A DNA stretch of 32,000 nucleotides from Candidatus Saccharimonadota bacterium (lineage in GTDB: Bacteria > Patescibacteriota > Gracilibacteria > UBA4473): the NCBI GenBank assembly GCA_020632335.1, contig JACKFV010000001.1, positions 330,001-362,000 on the forward strand, read 5' to 3'. Below the pieces are notes generated by a model. It worked only from the letters and a program-made list of their open reading frames with translations, searched no databases and had not been told where the DNA came from. Positions 9,001 through 14,892 of this stretch are shown here, piece after piece. Positions within the stretch are counted from its first letter, which is position 1; every line of letters starts with the position of its first letter. The translations under genes and the position numbers were made by a program.

Positions 9001-9952
9001 TAGGGTTGGAGTCGCCAAACAGCGCTTCGGCCCATTCGTCGGTATAGCGGCCATAGGCCCAGTTCTCGAGGTTACGGGCAAAATTCTCGTACTGTGCGCG
9101 GTCATAGCGGGTCATGCCCGGGTTCTGGTACGGCCCGTCAAAGAGGAAGGACCGCATGAGCGACTCCTCGTACGGCACGCTGTAGCTCTTGTCCCACGTC
9201 TCATCGTGGAAGTAACGCAGGCGGTCCGGGTCATCCGCATGGCGGTCATAGAGCCGCGCCAGGGCGTCAAAGTAGGTGCGATAGTCCGCGATGTCGTCGA
9301 AGCGAATAAGGCTCACCACTGCCTCCCAGACGTTATCAGCGTCCTCAGTGCGGGCGTCCTCATCATTCACAAAGAGGCCTTTCTCCTCATTCCACTCATA
9401 GAGCGGCGCGAGGAAGTCCCCGTAGGGGAAGGGGCTCTGCCACACATGGCCGTTTTTCTCCACCACGGGGAGGGGTACCTGCCCAATGAGGATCACGCTG
9501 TCGAGGTAGCTATGAGCCAGCCGTAGGTCAAAATGCGGCGCGAGTACGCCCGCGTGGTGGTCATCTACCCCGGGGGTGGCGGTGGGCTCTAGGCCTTGTA
9601 GGTAGAGGTAGCGCAACCCCGAGTAGAGGGCAAAGACACTGGCGTCCGCGGGCACGGGCACCACCACCGGGGCCACTGCGGCCTGGGCACTGAGGTCCTG
9701 CGCGTAGGCATCTATCTTCCCTCCTAGGGCGTTATAGAGGTTCTCCTCCACCAGCAGTACGGCCAGGGGCGTCATAACCGGTGGCGTGGCGGGCCCCCCC
9801 GGCGCAGCGGTACGGTTGACCAGGTGGTACGCCGGCAGATAGCCCAGTGGTGCGGCGATGGCCACCCAGTGCGGCACGAGCAGACTCACCAGGCACAGGG
9901 CCCCCAGGAAGGAACGCAGGTATCGACGCATTACTGCTGCAGACGGGATCAT
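1..9952 (-). CDS. Giant secreted/surface protein, 3' end beyond the window (at least 3317 codons here): signal peptide, unassigned N-terminal region, S/T/G linker, TSP3-like Ca-binding repeats, P/T linker, Big-like beta domains, coiled-coil region
   Basis: Manual translation of the minus frame (plus-strand codon starts congruent to 2 mod 3). The N-terminus reads (MIPSAAV)MRRYLRSFLGALCLVSLLVPHWVAIAAPLG. Spot checks near 9540-9420 (PHFDLRLAHSYLDSVILIGQVPLPVVEKNGHVWQSPFPY), 8458-8402, 6340-5620, 4100-4020, 3718-3662, 1501-1442 and 19-2 (TRYAPET) all fall in this one frame with no stop. The track lists no minus ORF in this frame over 10 kb, which fits one ORF lacking a stop in the window. Alternative starts are ATG 9931 and ATG 10027; 9952 is favoured because TATCGT ends 6 nt upstream. 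Confidence 0.85.
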   Translation of the reverse strand, partial: MIPSAAVMRRYLRSFLGALCLVSLLVPHWVAIAAPLGYLPAYHLVNRTAAPGGPATPPVMTPLAVLLVEENLYNALGGKIDAYAQDLSAQAAVAPVVVPVPADASVFALYSGLRYLYLQGLEPTATPGVDDHHAGVLAPHFDLRLAHSYLDSVILIGQVPLPVVEKNGHVWQSPFPYGDFLAPLYEWNEEKGLFVNDEDARTEDADNVWEAVVSLIRFDDIADYRTYFDALARLYDRHADDPDRLRYFHDETWDKSYSVPYEESLMRSFLFDGPYQNPGMTRYDRAQYENFARNLENWAYGRYTDEWAEALFGDSNPMEEIPWDLLPPELVPDEIPSGDQDRLPDLLTKNSVQQFTKRYTEAYESFLSHSQQLMNEAGRWSTTQRQTTLQHVTAKDMASALYLKRFNDAVQTHAMQQLEGTRFGSMVSVMEEKHPWWRLRDFMTPQSLVFAGAEYGLIDLFPADQMWRTHYRSQLEAPYCSWSRGYPQVEGYAGEPAEEPMLSKDDERLYSLYYENPRMTTMTERCCRGQLNDNPKPGPIAAEQERLQRLGQSLARGAGGAVLAGEATISQLGTLTEADTAASVNETPPESDTSTDTCSPWDGHLPEPECSLIPRLHWDVRDADIPTYTEAGIAQYGRSLDTGTYACEPVLVAPRYPFSPTETLPSYTQYAQTQPYVPESPLRVWEVDEGRLLMDVHRFWSYMEHLMPTTEDIALQVDDFTAPKTPQDRPWGASWYFGSGNPYRFNLPNIFTHTELATPPVPSTTATVEAFKARVLQMLDDRQQALQETITAENAITQAELAATRTIEWPAIYRETLFEPWLKTAWEQYQDATHLGDLSYTPADVEMHCSYARTEEKLTRDEAYQYKRMDADAIAAYEALTQSAPDITAVTWIESCWLVDAANNYAKVSPTASESSLEYITQYYELHPLVPYYDANALAEDIDFRLLKEALEWIQTPIDEKNVFVLQSLSLAHQGEDNDGTYREPSEELHDWYDGSWNYRGYEVSDMRLTNNSLPVPTVDIVTENRHTRLTTRGPAYDAALEAEAGFLYSETLPPLESLVLEAPKEIPADETPDYQPTPITPPQLPPQNGDYTVEIIVRDGAPSELPTVQPPTPPQPPSTTSGDTTGSTTGSTDGSTDGNTTGTTDGNTSGSTDGTSTGSTTGSTDGTTSGSTDGQTTGTTTGSTSGSTTSGTTSGVTTGTTTPGGSDTDNDGIPDAEDDCPFTAPQEVVDEAGCTDTDLDGYSPDVLVTAPLFDPEDTNACVPNPQHPLCDEDNDGLVGIDDPCPTDSSNACDPSAPLPDSDGDGVPDEDDTCPLTSPKGVVDGTGCTDADDDGAFPDLPPLTPGADPDDANPCIPNLLSPLCDQDNDGTSNAEDPCPADPRNACDPTDPDGDGVPTEDDACPGTLPGASTTPEGCTDADGDETFPDGGTPLDTDDRDPCVPVAGPDCATILPPEPETPPSTPAPETPPPTETPSDDTPPRPTTPGTTPPDRDEGDWELLSDYTDAEATAAAETMMVLCEKRPSLLSLYRVRPDWSVILQLSSFTSLEQQLWRAVLLPLQHRLPAVVTEAEYTQLCSAIVEPDFCLERPLQPPTWDDAVLDFIFCNATYTPKQATQQLTLQASATTTQNATSSTVPGFAPLPLRSDPSAPSLQLDFIVRDSTGAITTALDGMTLQLLTDSPLLQFSQSAIIPMNGRATTTATSGAQAGRVTIILLHPDGTLLSQTTLGAVADDVAQLGMRRQSKYLLQRKEYLQTKILPLDSAGNAVYADGERSLYTAPETEITYIVISLDGKIELEGAGEEGITTLLASRDASAPLKLRARPDTEGVARLAILSPELELESEVSFIIDPDPYLVFDPPTLTVEAGQSTPRLVQFTAYHSDGALLKDYDFVAEVIAENPYVGQFVESEAYIRGGYGAMTVGPGIRAGLAEGVLVAEGIPPQYYHFTVTPSSPAKIEAKLAHHTVAQGQSVGVELQVFDRYRNPIQGMGGAVPLLPAYDDFDAMAHMVAPAGQNIQWQLSTAPSLGAHPITGMPTYGTLYMVAESIPGVVPATFTVEVVRTGPQQDIIPLSLMSVITGVQGLDVDGPADIAAHALATKKTPVVATLAEDPDARLQYGYVGRDGTVGPSLRMEFTPPQTTQLWYGQQLIAQTTTLFTEPSSFVPLSSYRSAPGAFSGGALAIRDSILTRQEAVLRKGVLWVRGVPVIAYKNDGVYIVNTRVTLTPSDARKITEWDLRYDGEFIGIVRAPAVRCGTVRSLELFTAQQLPGLTGESSVSPLCTLFIDPTRSAEPYNALGSDREGIEDVTRASSGNWNGAWQPLSQFAHGVSTTAGHAAQYGANDMLLLMGDPYIRLGTDSPREKEYIATDIGYPVWEGPTNAPIDQLFVANLDTPGEPLTDDLLIRIEDTVYALYNYGGPKHMGGQVPLISHVQEIYPVNVDNDAYTEVIVRYDSGELRCHDNVNGTYVPYDWQPIDPAVARGGVQAPALPPSDIRDPYPLPPAQLPLTTSPCGTALPPEPPTAPDTGPLLPPDALEIIENINVLDLLRGDSDGDGLPDQWDVLPESDQSAPGKQAWTSVSTDLQTQLETEQTVTSSGGMCAGQTKGLSLGFQMDTLSFLGPGKMNIYTPPITVAGPAMPGVPVFWFPLPGTPQTSTFRAYVMPTSSGNVGMAACLMNYGALEPLMIKPQCLYMGLQVQLPGLCPPSVDIPLADALSSNDFLSKSGAGDVHLGARQKQSDPLTDFMGESGRDLSAVNVPDVKATLPVVEGLSPSSSRQESQDELSNLNDHPLANTAEEPVQVPYPVFSPATLEEWDHQREDYLQALDSWEPQHRQELERFKRQWRDEIAIYKQKPYADPAFAAEYETRATTIENQTQDFLEKTAERRDELSQQDSRLQGYDAQKQQLLTVQQQLSTVPEKITEGLEALQGTLNDWGNAQRQRLTEHEEATGAFQQVVSQYADIFSMFDGMSEQFHTGNMERGQIIQLLTKMVLKNVQFPDISLPDFTDLSVSFSGVSASQNLPLPQMQLLPQQSSIPVIPQLSDFTLPDASLGMSAYESTLDTPEELQQPYTPAQLPATAPVPPFQPMTLLPEPKYLAITVPETFSFPIASLPEIGVAPDIPQVKQQLRTVLSTVKVLLKVINLLKKNVLPPQEAALTGANQLRFNRTQRLPRDQSSAPVVEKPHDTEVIEVDGQSLQGLEGLTEQTRQLQTDMRCNMAEIHAAENGDPLTDACENELPDFTVPTATAVPGYRLTFRTTGIAGLNGDPYTPRLPLHDAPEPPLDPTVVTALVRQTLQDLVLEGDPDANYVTENTRYAPET
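5640..6340 (-). repeat. Thrombospondin-type-3-like calcium-binding repeat region inside the giant CDS (protein-level repeats)
   Basis: Codon-by-codon translation gives DTDNDGIPDAEDDCP...GCTDTDLDG...CDEDNDGLVGIDDPCPTDSSNACDP...DSDGDGVPDEDDTCP...GCTDADDDG...CDQDNDGTSNAEDPCPADPRNACDPTDPDGDGVPTEDDACP...GCTDADGDE. The DxDxDG loops have conserved Cys spacing and recur in modules of roughly 75 aa. Confidence 0.7.
6338..6600 (-). repeat. S/T/G-rich low-complexity linker with 60-nt (20-aa) periodicity inside the giant CDS
   Basis: The motif cgtctgtggagcc recurs at about 6431, 6491 and 6551. Translation reads ...TTSGDTTGSTTGSTDGSTDGNTTGTTDGNTSGSTDGTSTGSTTGSTDGTTSGSTDGQTTGTTTGSTSGSTTSGTTSGVTTGTTTPGG. 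Confidence 0.6.
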
Positions 9953-10044
9953 AGCCACACGATAGGCCAGCACCGTAAAAAGCACAAAACTGCTCGACAC
10001 TTTCTCTTGCCTGTGGTATACAGTCATTGTTACATATACTTCTC

Positions 10045-10332
10045 ATGCAGTACCTCACACACCTGGCCTCAGCACATTTTGGCGCTCGACTCCTGAATCA
10101 AAGGAGTATTGGTGAGCAGCTTAAAATAGTGGGTGGATCCATCGGTGAAGGCCTGGGACAGATACCAGAAGCCGCTGGCAGAACTCCAGAGACCGCAGCA
10201 GAGGTAGTAGGTACCACCGCTAAAACAGCTATAGATGGGGGTGCTGCTATGGTAAAAAAAGCCACTAACCTAGGAAAAGAGCATAACAAAACCCCTGACA
10301 GCGACCCCGACAACAAGAAGGGCAAGAAGTAG
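10045..10332 (+). CDS. Small hypothetical protein, Gly/Ala-rich with Lys-rich tail (start uncertain; the track ORF begins at TTG 10027)
   Basis: The ORF ends 25 nt upstream of a good rho-independent terminator on the same strand. It lies in an AT-richer patch whose codon usage differs from its neighbours. No clear promoter or RBS was found, and the overlapping minus ORF 10098..10337 cannot be excluded. Confidence 0.35.
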   Translation: MQYLTHLASAHFGARLLNQRSIGEQLKIVGGSIGEGLGQIPEAAGRTPETAAEVVGTTAKTAIDGGAAMVKKATNLGKEHNKTPDSDPDNKKGKK

Positions 10333-10356
10333 AACACTACCGGTAGCAGCAGCTAG

Positions 10357-10384
10357 AACCCCTCAAAAGTGCTTGAGGGGTTTT
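10357..10384 (+). terminator. Rho-independent terminator
   Basis: The stem cccctcaa (10359-10366) pairs with ttgagggg (10373-10380) around a 6-nt loop and is followed by TTTT (10381-10384). Confidence 0.6.
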
Positions 10385-10406
10385 ATGTATTCGCTATGCT
10401 GCGGCT

Positions 10407-10826
10407 ATGATACCTGTGTATATCCCCCAAGATTTCTTCGACCTGCGCGACAAGACGCTGGAGATCCACCGCTACACCGTGGCCGAGCACCCCAATGGCG
10501 TGGTGACCACCCTCTACGCCACTACCGAGAGTGACCAGGCACTGGTGCTGTACCTGCTGTGGCGCAGTGATACCGTGGAGGGTTATGCCGGTGTGCGGCT
10601 GGATAACGAGGAATACGCGCACCACCACCTCTCCATCGCGGAGTACGAGACGATAGTGGAGACGACCCTGGGGGAACTCAAGCGCCGCAAGGAGTACAGT
10701 GACGCGCTGGCCGCCAAGGAAGAACGCCTGCAACGCCAAGAGGCGCTCAACGCTGAGGAGCAGCAGAACCGAAGCGACGCTGAGGCTTTCATCGACCAGA
10801 TGCAGGAGGGCGACGCGTGGACCTAG
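10407..10826 (+). CDS. Hypothetical protein (139 aa) with an acidic, coiled-coil-like C-terminal half
   Basis: The translation looks protein-like, whereas the overlapping minus ORF 10383..10886 looks like an antisense shadow. TATGCT (10395-10400) ends exactly 6 nt before the ATG, and TTGAGG lies 16 nt upstream of it. Confidence 0.6.
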   Translation: MIPVYIPQDFFDLRDKTLEIHRYTVAEHPNGVVTTLYATTESDQALVLYLLWRSDTVEGYAGVRLDNEEYAHHHLSIAEYETIVETTLGELKRRKEYSDALAAKEERLQRQEALNAEEQQNRSDAEAFIDQMQEGDAWT

Positions 10827-10842
10827 TGTGGACCTGATAATG

Positions 10843-11700
10843 CTAGCGACCCTCACGCTCAGCGCTCTGCCGCAAACTCTCCTCAAAGGCGTCTAGGTGA
10901 AACACCCGCGTGTGCCACTTGCCGTCATCGCCCTGCTCTAGGTACTGCAGTACGCCCCCCGTAGCCGAGAGGAACTGCACGGGCGCGGTACTGAGTTGCG
11001 TCTGGGTGTACTCGTCGCCACGCATCCAGAAGAGTAGCACCCCCCCTGTAGATGGCAGATCATAGCCCACCGTCACCCGGGGGGTGGGGGTCGTCATCGA
11101 AGTGGGCACTCCCACCGCAGGAGTAGTCTCTGATAGAGGTTCTCCGGTGTCGGTATTCGTAGAAGAGGCTTCTGGAGATGCTTCTGGAGCCTCAGGTGTG
11201 GCGGTCGCCTCGCTAGCTACAGGAGCAAGGGGGGTATCCGGAGTGGTAGTGGGCACCGGGGGAGATACTAGAGGCGGCTCTATAGGGGCTGTAGTGGCCT
11301 CCTCAGGAGGAGCAGAGGGCTGCTCCAGTGCTTTTATCGGCTTGGGGACGGTGGCACGCTTCTCGGCTACTACTCGGTCAGCCAGCTCTTGCAGTGCTCT
11401 GAGTTCGGCCTCCAGCGCGGGGTTGGGCACCGCCGGGAGCACCACGGTATCCTCACTGGCCTCCATTTGCTCGATGGCGCGTTTCTCCGCCGCGGAGAGA
11501 AAGCCCTGCGCAGCGGTCATCCCCACGTCATTACTCACGCGCGTCACGGGCACGGTACTCTGTATCTTGAGCGGTTCGAAGTCCTGCACCAGCTCGGAGA
11601 AGAGCACCCCACGCTCATCTTGTAGGGCACTGCGTTCGCTCTGGAGGCTACAGCCCGTAACGAGCAGACTCAGCAGCAGAACGAGCCAAAGAGGGTTCAT
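10843..11700 (-). CDS. Lipoprotein with a Pro/Thr/Glu-rich linker
   Basis: The N-terminus MNPLWLVLLLSLLVTGCS carries a lipobox (VTGC). A long P/T/E/A-rich stretch follows. TAGAAT (11707-11712, minus strand) ends 6 nt before the ATG. Confidence 0.8.
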   Translation of the reverse strand: MNPLWLVLLLSLLVTGCSLQSERSALQDERGVLFSELVQDFEPLKIQSTVPVTRVSNDVGMTAAQGFLSAAEKRAIEQMEASEDTVVLPAVPNPALEAELRALQELADRVVAEKRATVPKPIKALEQPSAPPEEATTAPIEPPLVSPPVPTTTPDTPLAPVASEATATPEAPEASPEASSTNTDTGEPLSETTPAVGVPTSMTTPTPRVTVGYDLPSTGGVLLFWMRGDEYTQTQLSTAPVQFLSATGGVLQYLEQGDDGKWHTRVFHLDAFEESLRQSAEREGR

Positions 11701-11741
11701 CAGGGTATTCTACACCAGGCAAGATAAAGAAGGCAAGCGTT

Positions 11742-14456
11742 TTAGCTATCCATCCCTCCCATGGCTCCTGGGGGCGGTGCCATACGCATGGCGTCTGTGG
11801 GGGCCTCTGTCGGCGCGCTATAGTGGGTGCTGGCTATCTGCTCCAGCTTGGCCAGGTTAGTGATGCCCAGCCGCGCCTCTATCTCGGCATCTACAAAGTC
11901 CTTCTGCCGCCCGTACTTCAGCCGGCTGTACTGCTTGAGCACGTCGCGCACCTTGGCCACATGGAGCTCGGGCTGGTAGATAGTAGCGAGGGAGAATGGC
12001 CTGCTGGTGGTGTTATGAATGTTCAGCTTGAGGTAGGCTTTGTAGTTCCCGATGCTGAGGATATCCTGCGCGCTAAGCAGTGGCGCGTACTCCTTTTCGA
12101 GGAATTCAGCGTCGTCTGCCCCTACCTTGAAGCTCATCATTGTCCCCACATTCCCAAAGACCGCATCGCGCACGCGGTTATCCTTCTGCCCGATGGCAAT
12201 GCCGGCTGCTGCCTCGCTCAGCTGCGCGATGTACTGGTGGGCCATGGTTAGCCCCAGGCGGTACTTACGCGCCTCAGAGAGGATCCCCGCGAAGGTATCG
12301 GTGGCGAAGTTCTGGAACTCATCCACGTAGAAGAAGAAGTCCCGGCGGTCCTCCTTGAGCATATCGGCCCGCGCCATAGCGCACATGTTGACCTTACTCA
12401 CCAGCACCAGCCCCAGCAGCTGCGCGTTTATCTGCCCGATTTTTCCCTTACTCAGGCTCACGAGGAGGATCTTCCCCTCGTCCATAATCTTGCGAATATC
12501 AAAGGCGCTGCGCGTCTGCCCGATGATATTCCGCATGGTCACGTTGGTGATAAATGGCCCAAACTTCGAGGTAAAGTAGGGGATCATCTCCTCCTTCTCT
12601 CGGGCACCGGTCTTGGCCATTTCGTTCTCCCAGAAGGCCCGCACAATGGGGTTCGTTACCTTGGTGAGCTTGTACTTCTGGTAAGCGTCGTCGATGAAGA
12701 GCCGGGGGATATCGATGAGCGTGGCAGGCTCCTCCTTATCGCTCATCAGCGTCAGGCAGCCATTACGGAAGTAGTGCTGTATCCGCGGGCCAAAGATCTC
12801 ATTCCCAAAGAGTTTGATGAAGATCTCCATGGCGTCTAGGCTGGCACGCTCGGCTTGCTCGGTGGTCTCTACCTGGAGGAGATTGAGGCCCATGGGGCGC
12901 TCTATATCTGAGGGGTCAAAGACCACCACGTCCTTAGCGCGGTGCTTGGGGACGCGGCTGAGGATATCGTCGATGAGGTCCCCATGCGGGTCTATCACGC
13001 ATACGCCGTCGCCATTAGCGATGTCTTGGCTGGCCATATTCTCCAGCAGTACGGACTTCCCCACCCCGCTCTTCCCCACCACATAGCAGTGCCGCATGCG
13101 GTCCTCACGCAGGATGCGCACTTTCTCCCGCTTACCACGGTAGGTCGTCTCACCGAGAATAATCCCCTCCTCGGGCAGATTTACCGGTGGGGGCAGCACC
13201 TTGTACTCCAGCCATTTTATCGTGCTGATCTTGTTATACCGCGCGTCGGGGAAGTGGTACATGGTGGCCAGTTCCTCGGGGGTGAGGATAGAGTCGTGCT
13301 CGAGGAAATCAAAGAGTCGCAGGTCAAAGTTATGCAGCATAATGGGCGCGTTCAGGCTGTCTATGGGGATGATACGCCGGTTCTCGAACTGGTTCATCCC
13401 CCGCGCAAAGAAGACATTCCACGCCACAAACATGGCGTTGAGGACGGAGTCGGTACGGGTATTAGACTCAGTGGCCACTACCAGCCGCACCGCACAGACA
13501 AACCCCGGCTGATTCGCCTTATCCCCAATGCTCTTGGCGATTTCCTCGTCTGTCTGCAGCATGCGTACGTAGTGGTCGCCTCCGGTGGCGCCCGGCGCGT
13601 TGGTTAGCCCCAGGTCGTCCTCCCGCCCCGCGGTACCAAAGAGCAGCAGCTGGAAGGGCAGCAGCAGGTACTTCAGCACCGTGCCGATGACGGGGATATT
13701 GATCTCCCAGCGGTTGTATTCCCCCTTGAAGAGGTCGGTCCCCTTCTGCCGAGCCTTGGGGCGCCAGCGGTGGTTACGCGGGTGCATGACGATCTGCACG
13801 GCGGCTTTGTCTCGCTCGGTCAGTCCGCTGAAGCTATTAGCGATGGTATTGAGCGGGTCGTCCTCGATCTTCTTATAGGTCTGGATGGGGAACCAGTACT
13901 GCTTCTTCAGGTGCAGGTAGTAGCCGTTGGCGCTCAGGCCCTGGTCTCGGAATTTACGCATCATGAAGCGCTCCTCTAGCGGGATCTCCATGACCTCAGC
14001 TGACTCGTAGAAGCTGGTGATCTGCTTCTCCACGATATTCTGGTAGTACTGGTCACACACCACTACAAAGCTCAACTCCTCGTTCTCGTACTGCAGCTCG
14101 AAGGAAAAGTAGGGTTTGCCCCATATCCAACGCTTAATGAAGATGTTATAGAGGTTGAGGTCTCGCGTCTCGTGCAGCGCGCGGAAGAGCTGCTCGGCCC
14201 GCCCCACCGCCTCGCGGAAGTCCTTCTCTGTCCGGCGTTCGTTATCCAGCTTACTGTCGTTGCGGGGCAGGATAATCTTCAAATGCGCTAGCTCGGGCTG
14301 TTCGTACCAGCGCTTCCAGTACCGCAGCATGGCCCGGAGGAAGTAAAAAAGCGTGAGGATATCCAGCACGCGGAGGAACCACACAAAGGGGAGCCACTCC
14401 AGCAGCGGCTGCAAGAAGCTAAACAGTTGCAGTATCCAGAGGAGTATACTTCCCAT
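11742..14456 (-). CDS. Membrane-anchored TraD/VirD4/TrwB-like (type IV coupling-protein-like) P-loop ATPase
   Basis: The N-terminus is hydrophobic (MGSILLWILQLFSFLQPLLEWLPFVWFLRVLDILTLFYFL). Walker A is VVGKSGVGKS and Walker B is FFFYVDEFQNF. The TMAHQYIAQL motif and the overall layout are typical of coupling-protein/HerA-like ATPases. Family assignment is by eye. Confidence 0.8.
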   Translation of the reverse strand: MGSILLWILQLFSFLQPLLEWLPFVWFLRVLDILTLFYFLRAMLRYWKRWYEQPELAHLKIILPRNDSKLDNERRTEKDFREAVGRAEQLFRALHETRDLNLYNIFIKRWIWGKPYFSFELQYENEELSFVVVCDQYYQNIVEKQITSFYESAEVMEIPLEERFMMRKFRDQGLSANGYYLHLKKQYWFPIQTYKKIEDDPLNTIANSFSGLTERDKAAVQIVMHPRNHRWRPKARQKGTDLFKGEYNRWEINIPVIGTVLKYLLLPFQLLLFGTAGREDDLGLTNAPGATGGDHYVRMLQTDEEIAKSIGDKANQPGFVCAVRLVVATESNTRTDSVLNAMFVAWNVFFARGMNQFENRRIIPIDSLNAPIMLHNFDLRLFDFLEHDSILTPEELATMYHFPDARYNKISTIKWLEYKVLPPPVNLPEEGIILGETTYRGKREKVRILREDRMRHCYVVGKSGVGKSVLLENMASQDIANGDGVCVIDPHGDLIDDILSRVPKHRAKDVVVFDPSDIERPMGLNLLQVETTEQAERASLDAMEIFIKLFGNEIFGPRIQHYFRNGCLTLMSDKEEPATLIDIPRLFIDDAYQKYKLTKVTNPIVRAFWENEMAKTGAREKEEMIPYFTSKFGPFITNVTMRNIIGQTRSAFDIRKIMDEGKILLVSLSKGKIGQINAQLLGLVLVSKVNMCAMARADMLKEDRRDFFFYVDEFQNFATDTFAGILSEARKYRLGLTMAHQYIAQLSEAAAGIAIGQKDNRVRDAVFGNVGTMMSFKVGADDAEFLEKEYAPLLSAQDILSIGNYKAYLKLNIHNTTSRPFSLATIYQPELHVAKVRDVLKQYSRLKYGRQKDFVDAEIEARLGITNLAKLEQIASTHYSAPTEAPTDAMRMAPPPGAMGGMDS

Positions 14457-14519
14457 TCATCGCCAGTATACGAGAAAAAAGCGTCACTGGCTACCCAAAT
14501 CTCTGGTAAATAGAAGGGG

Positions 14520-14798
14520 TTAGGCGCTCACCACATGTACGAACTTCCGGGTGTAGCGCCGACCGTCAAATCGCGTCACGGCCTTCTCGGTGAACTGCAC
14601 CTGCCCTGCCTGGGTCGCAAAAATCGTCCTATCCTTGCCCAGCCCCACGCCGTCTCCCTGGCGGAACTTGGTGCCCTTCTGGCGGATAATCACCTCCCCT
14701 GCCTGCACGAGCTGCCCGCCAAAGCGCTTGACCCCCAGGCGTTTACTCGCGGAGTCTCGACCATTCTTACTGGAGCCGGCGGCTTTCTTATGTGCCAT
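14520..14798 (-). CDS. rpmA: 50S ribosomal protein L27
   Basis: [28 protein letters not shown]...IIRQKGTKF...GKDRTIFA matches the conserved L27 pattern. Confidence 0.95.
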   Translation of the reverse strand: MAHKKAAGSSKNGRDSASKRLGVKRFGGQLVQAGEVIIRQKGTKFRQGDGVGLGKDRTIFATQAGQVQFTEKAVTRFDGRRYTRKFVHVVSA

Positions 14799-14822
14799 GG
14801 ATTGCTTGCCAAATCGTGAGTG

Positions 14823-14850
14823 ACTGTACCACCTAGAGCGCGCCTGTCAA
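14823..14850 (-). promoter_or_regulatory. Candidate rpmA promoter (TTGACA, 16 nt, TACAGT)
   Basis: On the minus strand the -35 TTGACA is at 14845-14850 and the -10 TACAGT at 14823-14828. This leaves a leader of roughly 18 nt before ATG 14798. Confidence 0.4.
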
Positions 14851-14858
14851 ATATTCTG

Positions 14859-14886
14859 TTGACACTCTCTCTGGCGGCCCTACAAT
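14859..14886 (+). promoter_or_regulatory. rpsU promoter (TTGACA, 16 nt, TACAAT) placed for a leaderless transcript
   Basis: The -35 is at 14859-14864 and the -10 at 14881-14886. The ATG at 14893 lies exactly 6 nt after the -10, and no Shine-Dalgarno sequence is possible in that gap. Confidence 0.55.
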
Positions 14887-14892
14887 GCGGGC

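Noticed and set aside
71-9526. Plus-strand ORFs from the track (for example 503..1453, 3674..4438, 5487..6227, 6149..7051 and 7694..9526) as real genes
   Set aside because: Their translations are low-complexity and Arg/Gly/His/Leu-rich with no recognisable motifs. They lie antisense to a continuous, protein-like minus-strand frame. In GC-rich coding DNA the opposite strand typically stays open by chance.
1-9952. Stop-codon reassignment (UGA or UAG recoding) as the reason no long minus ORF was listed
   Set aside because: The minus frame reads through with no stop at all in the standard code wherever I checked. rpoC, the ATPase and other long genes are also intact in the standard code. The simpler explanation is that the ORF lacks a stop inside the window.
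10383-11860. ORFs 10383..10886 (minus strand) and 11084..11860 (plus strand)
   Set aside because: These are antisense shadows of the better-supported 10407..10826 (plus) and 10843..11700 (minus) genes. Their composition is Ser/Arg/Ala/Gly-rich with no motifs.
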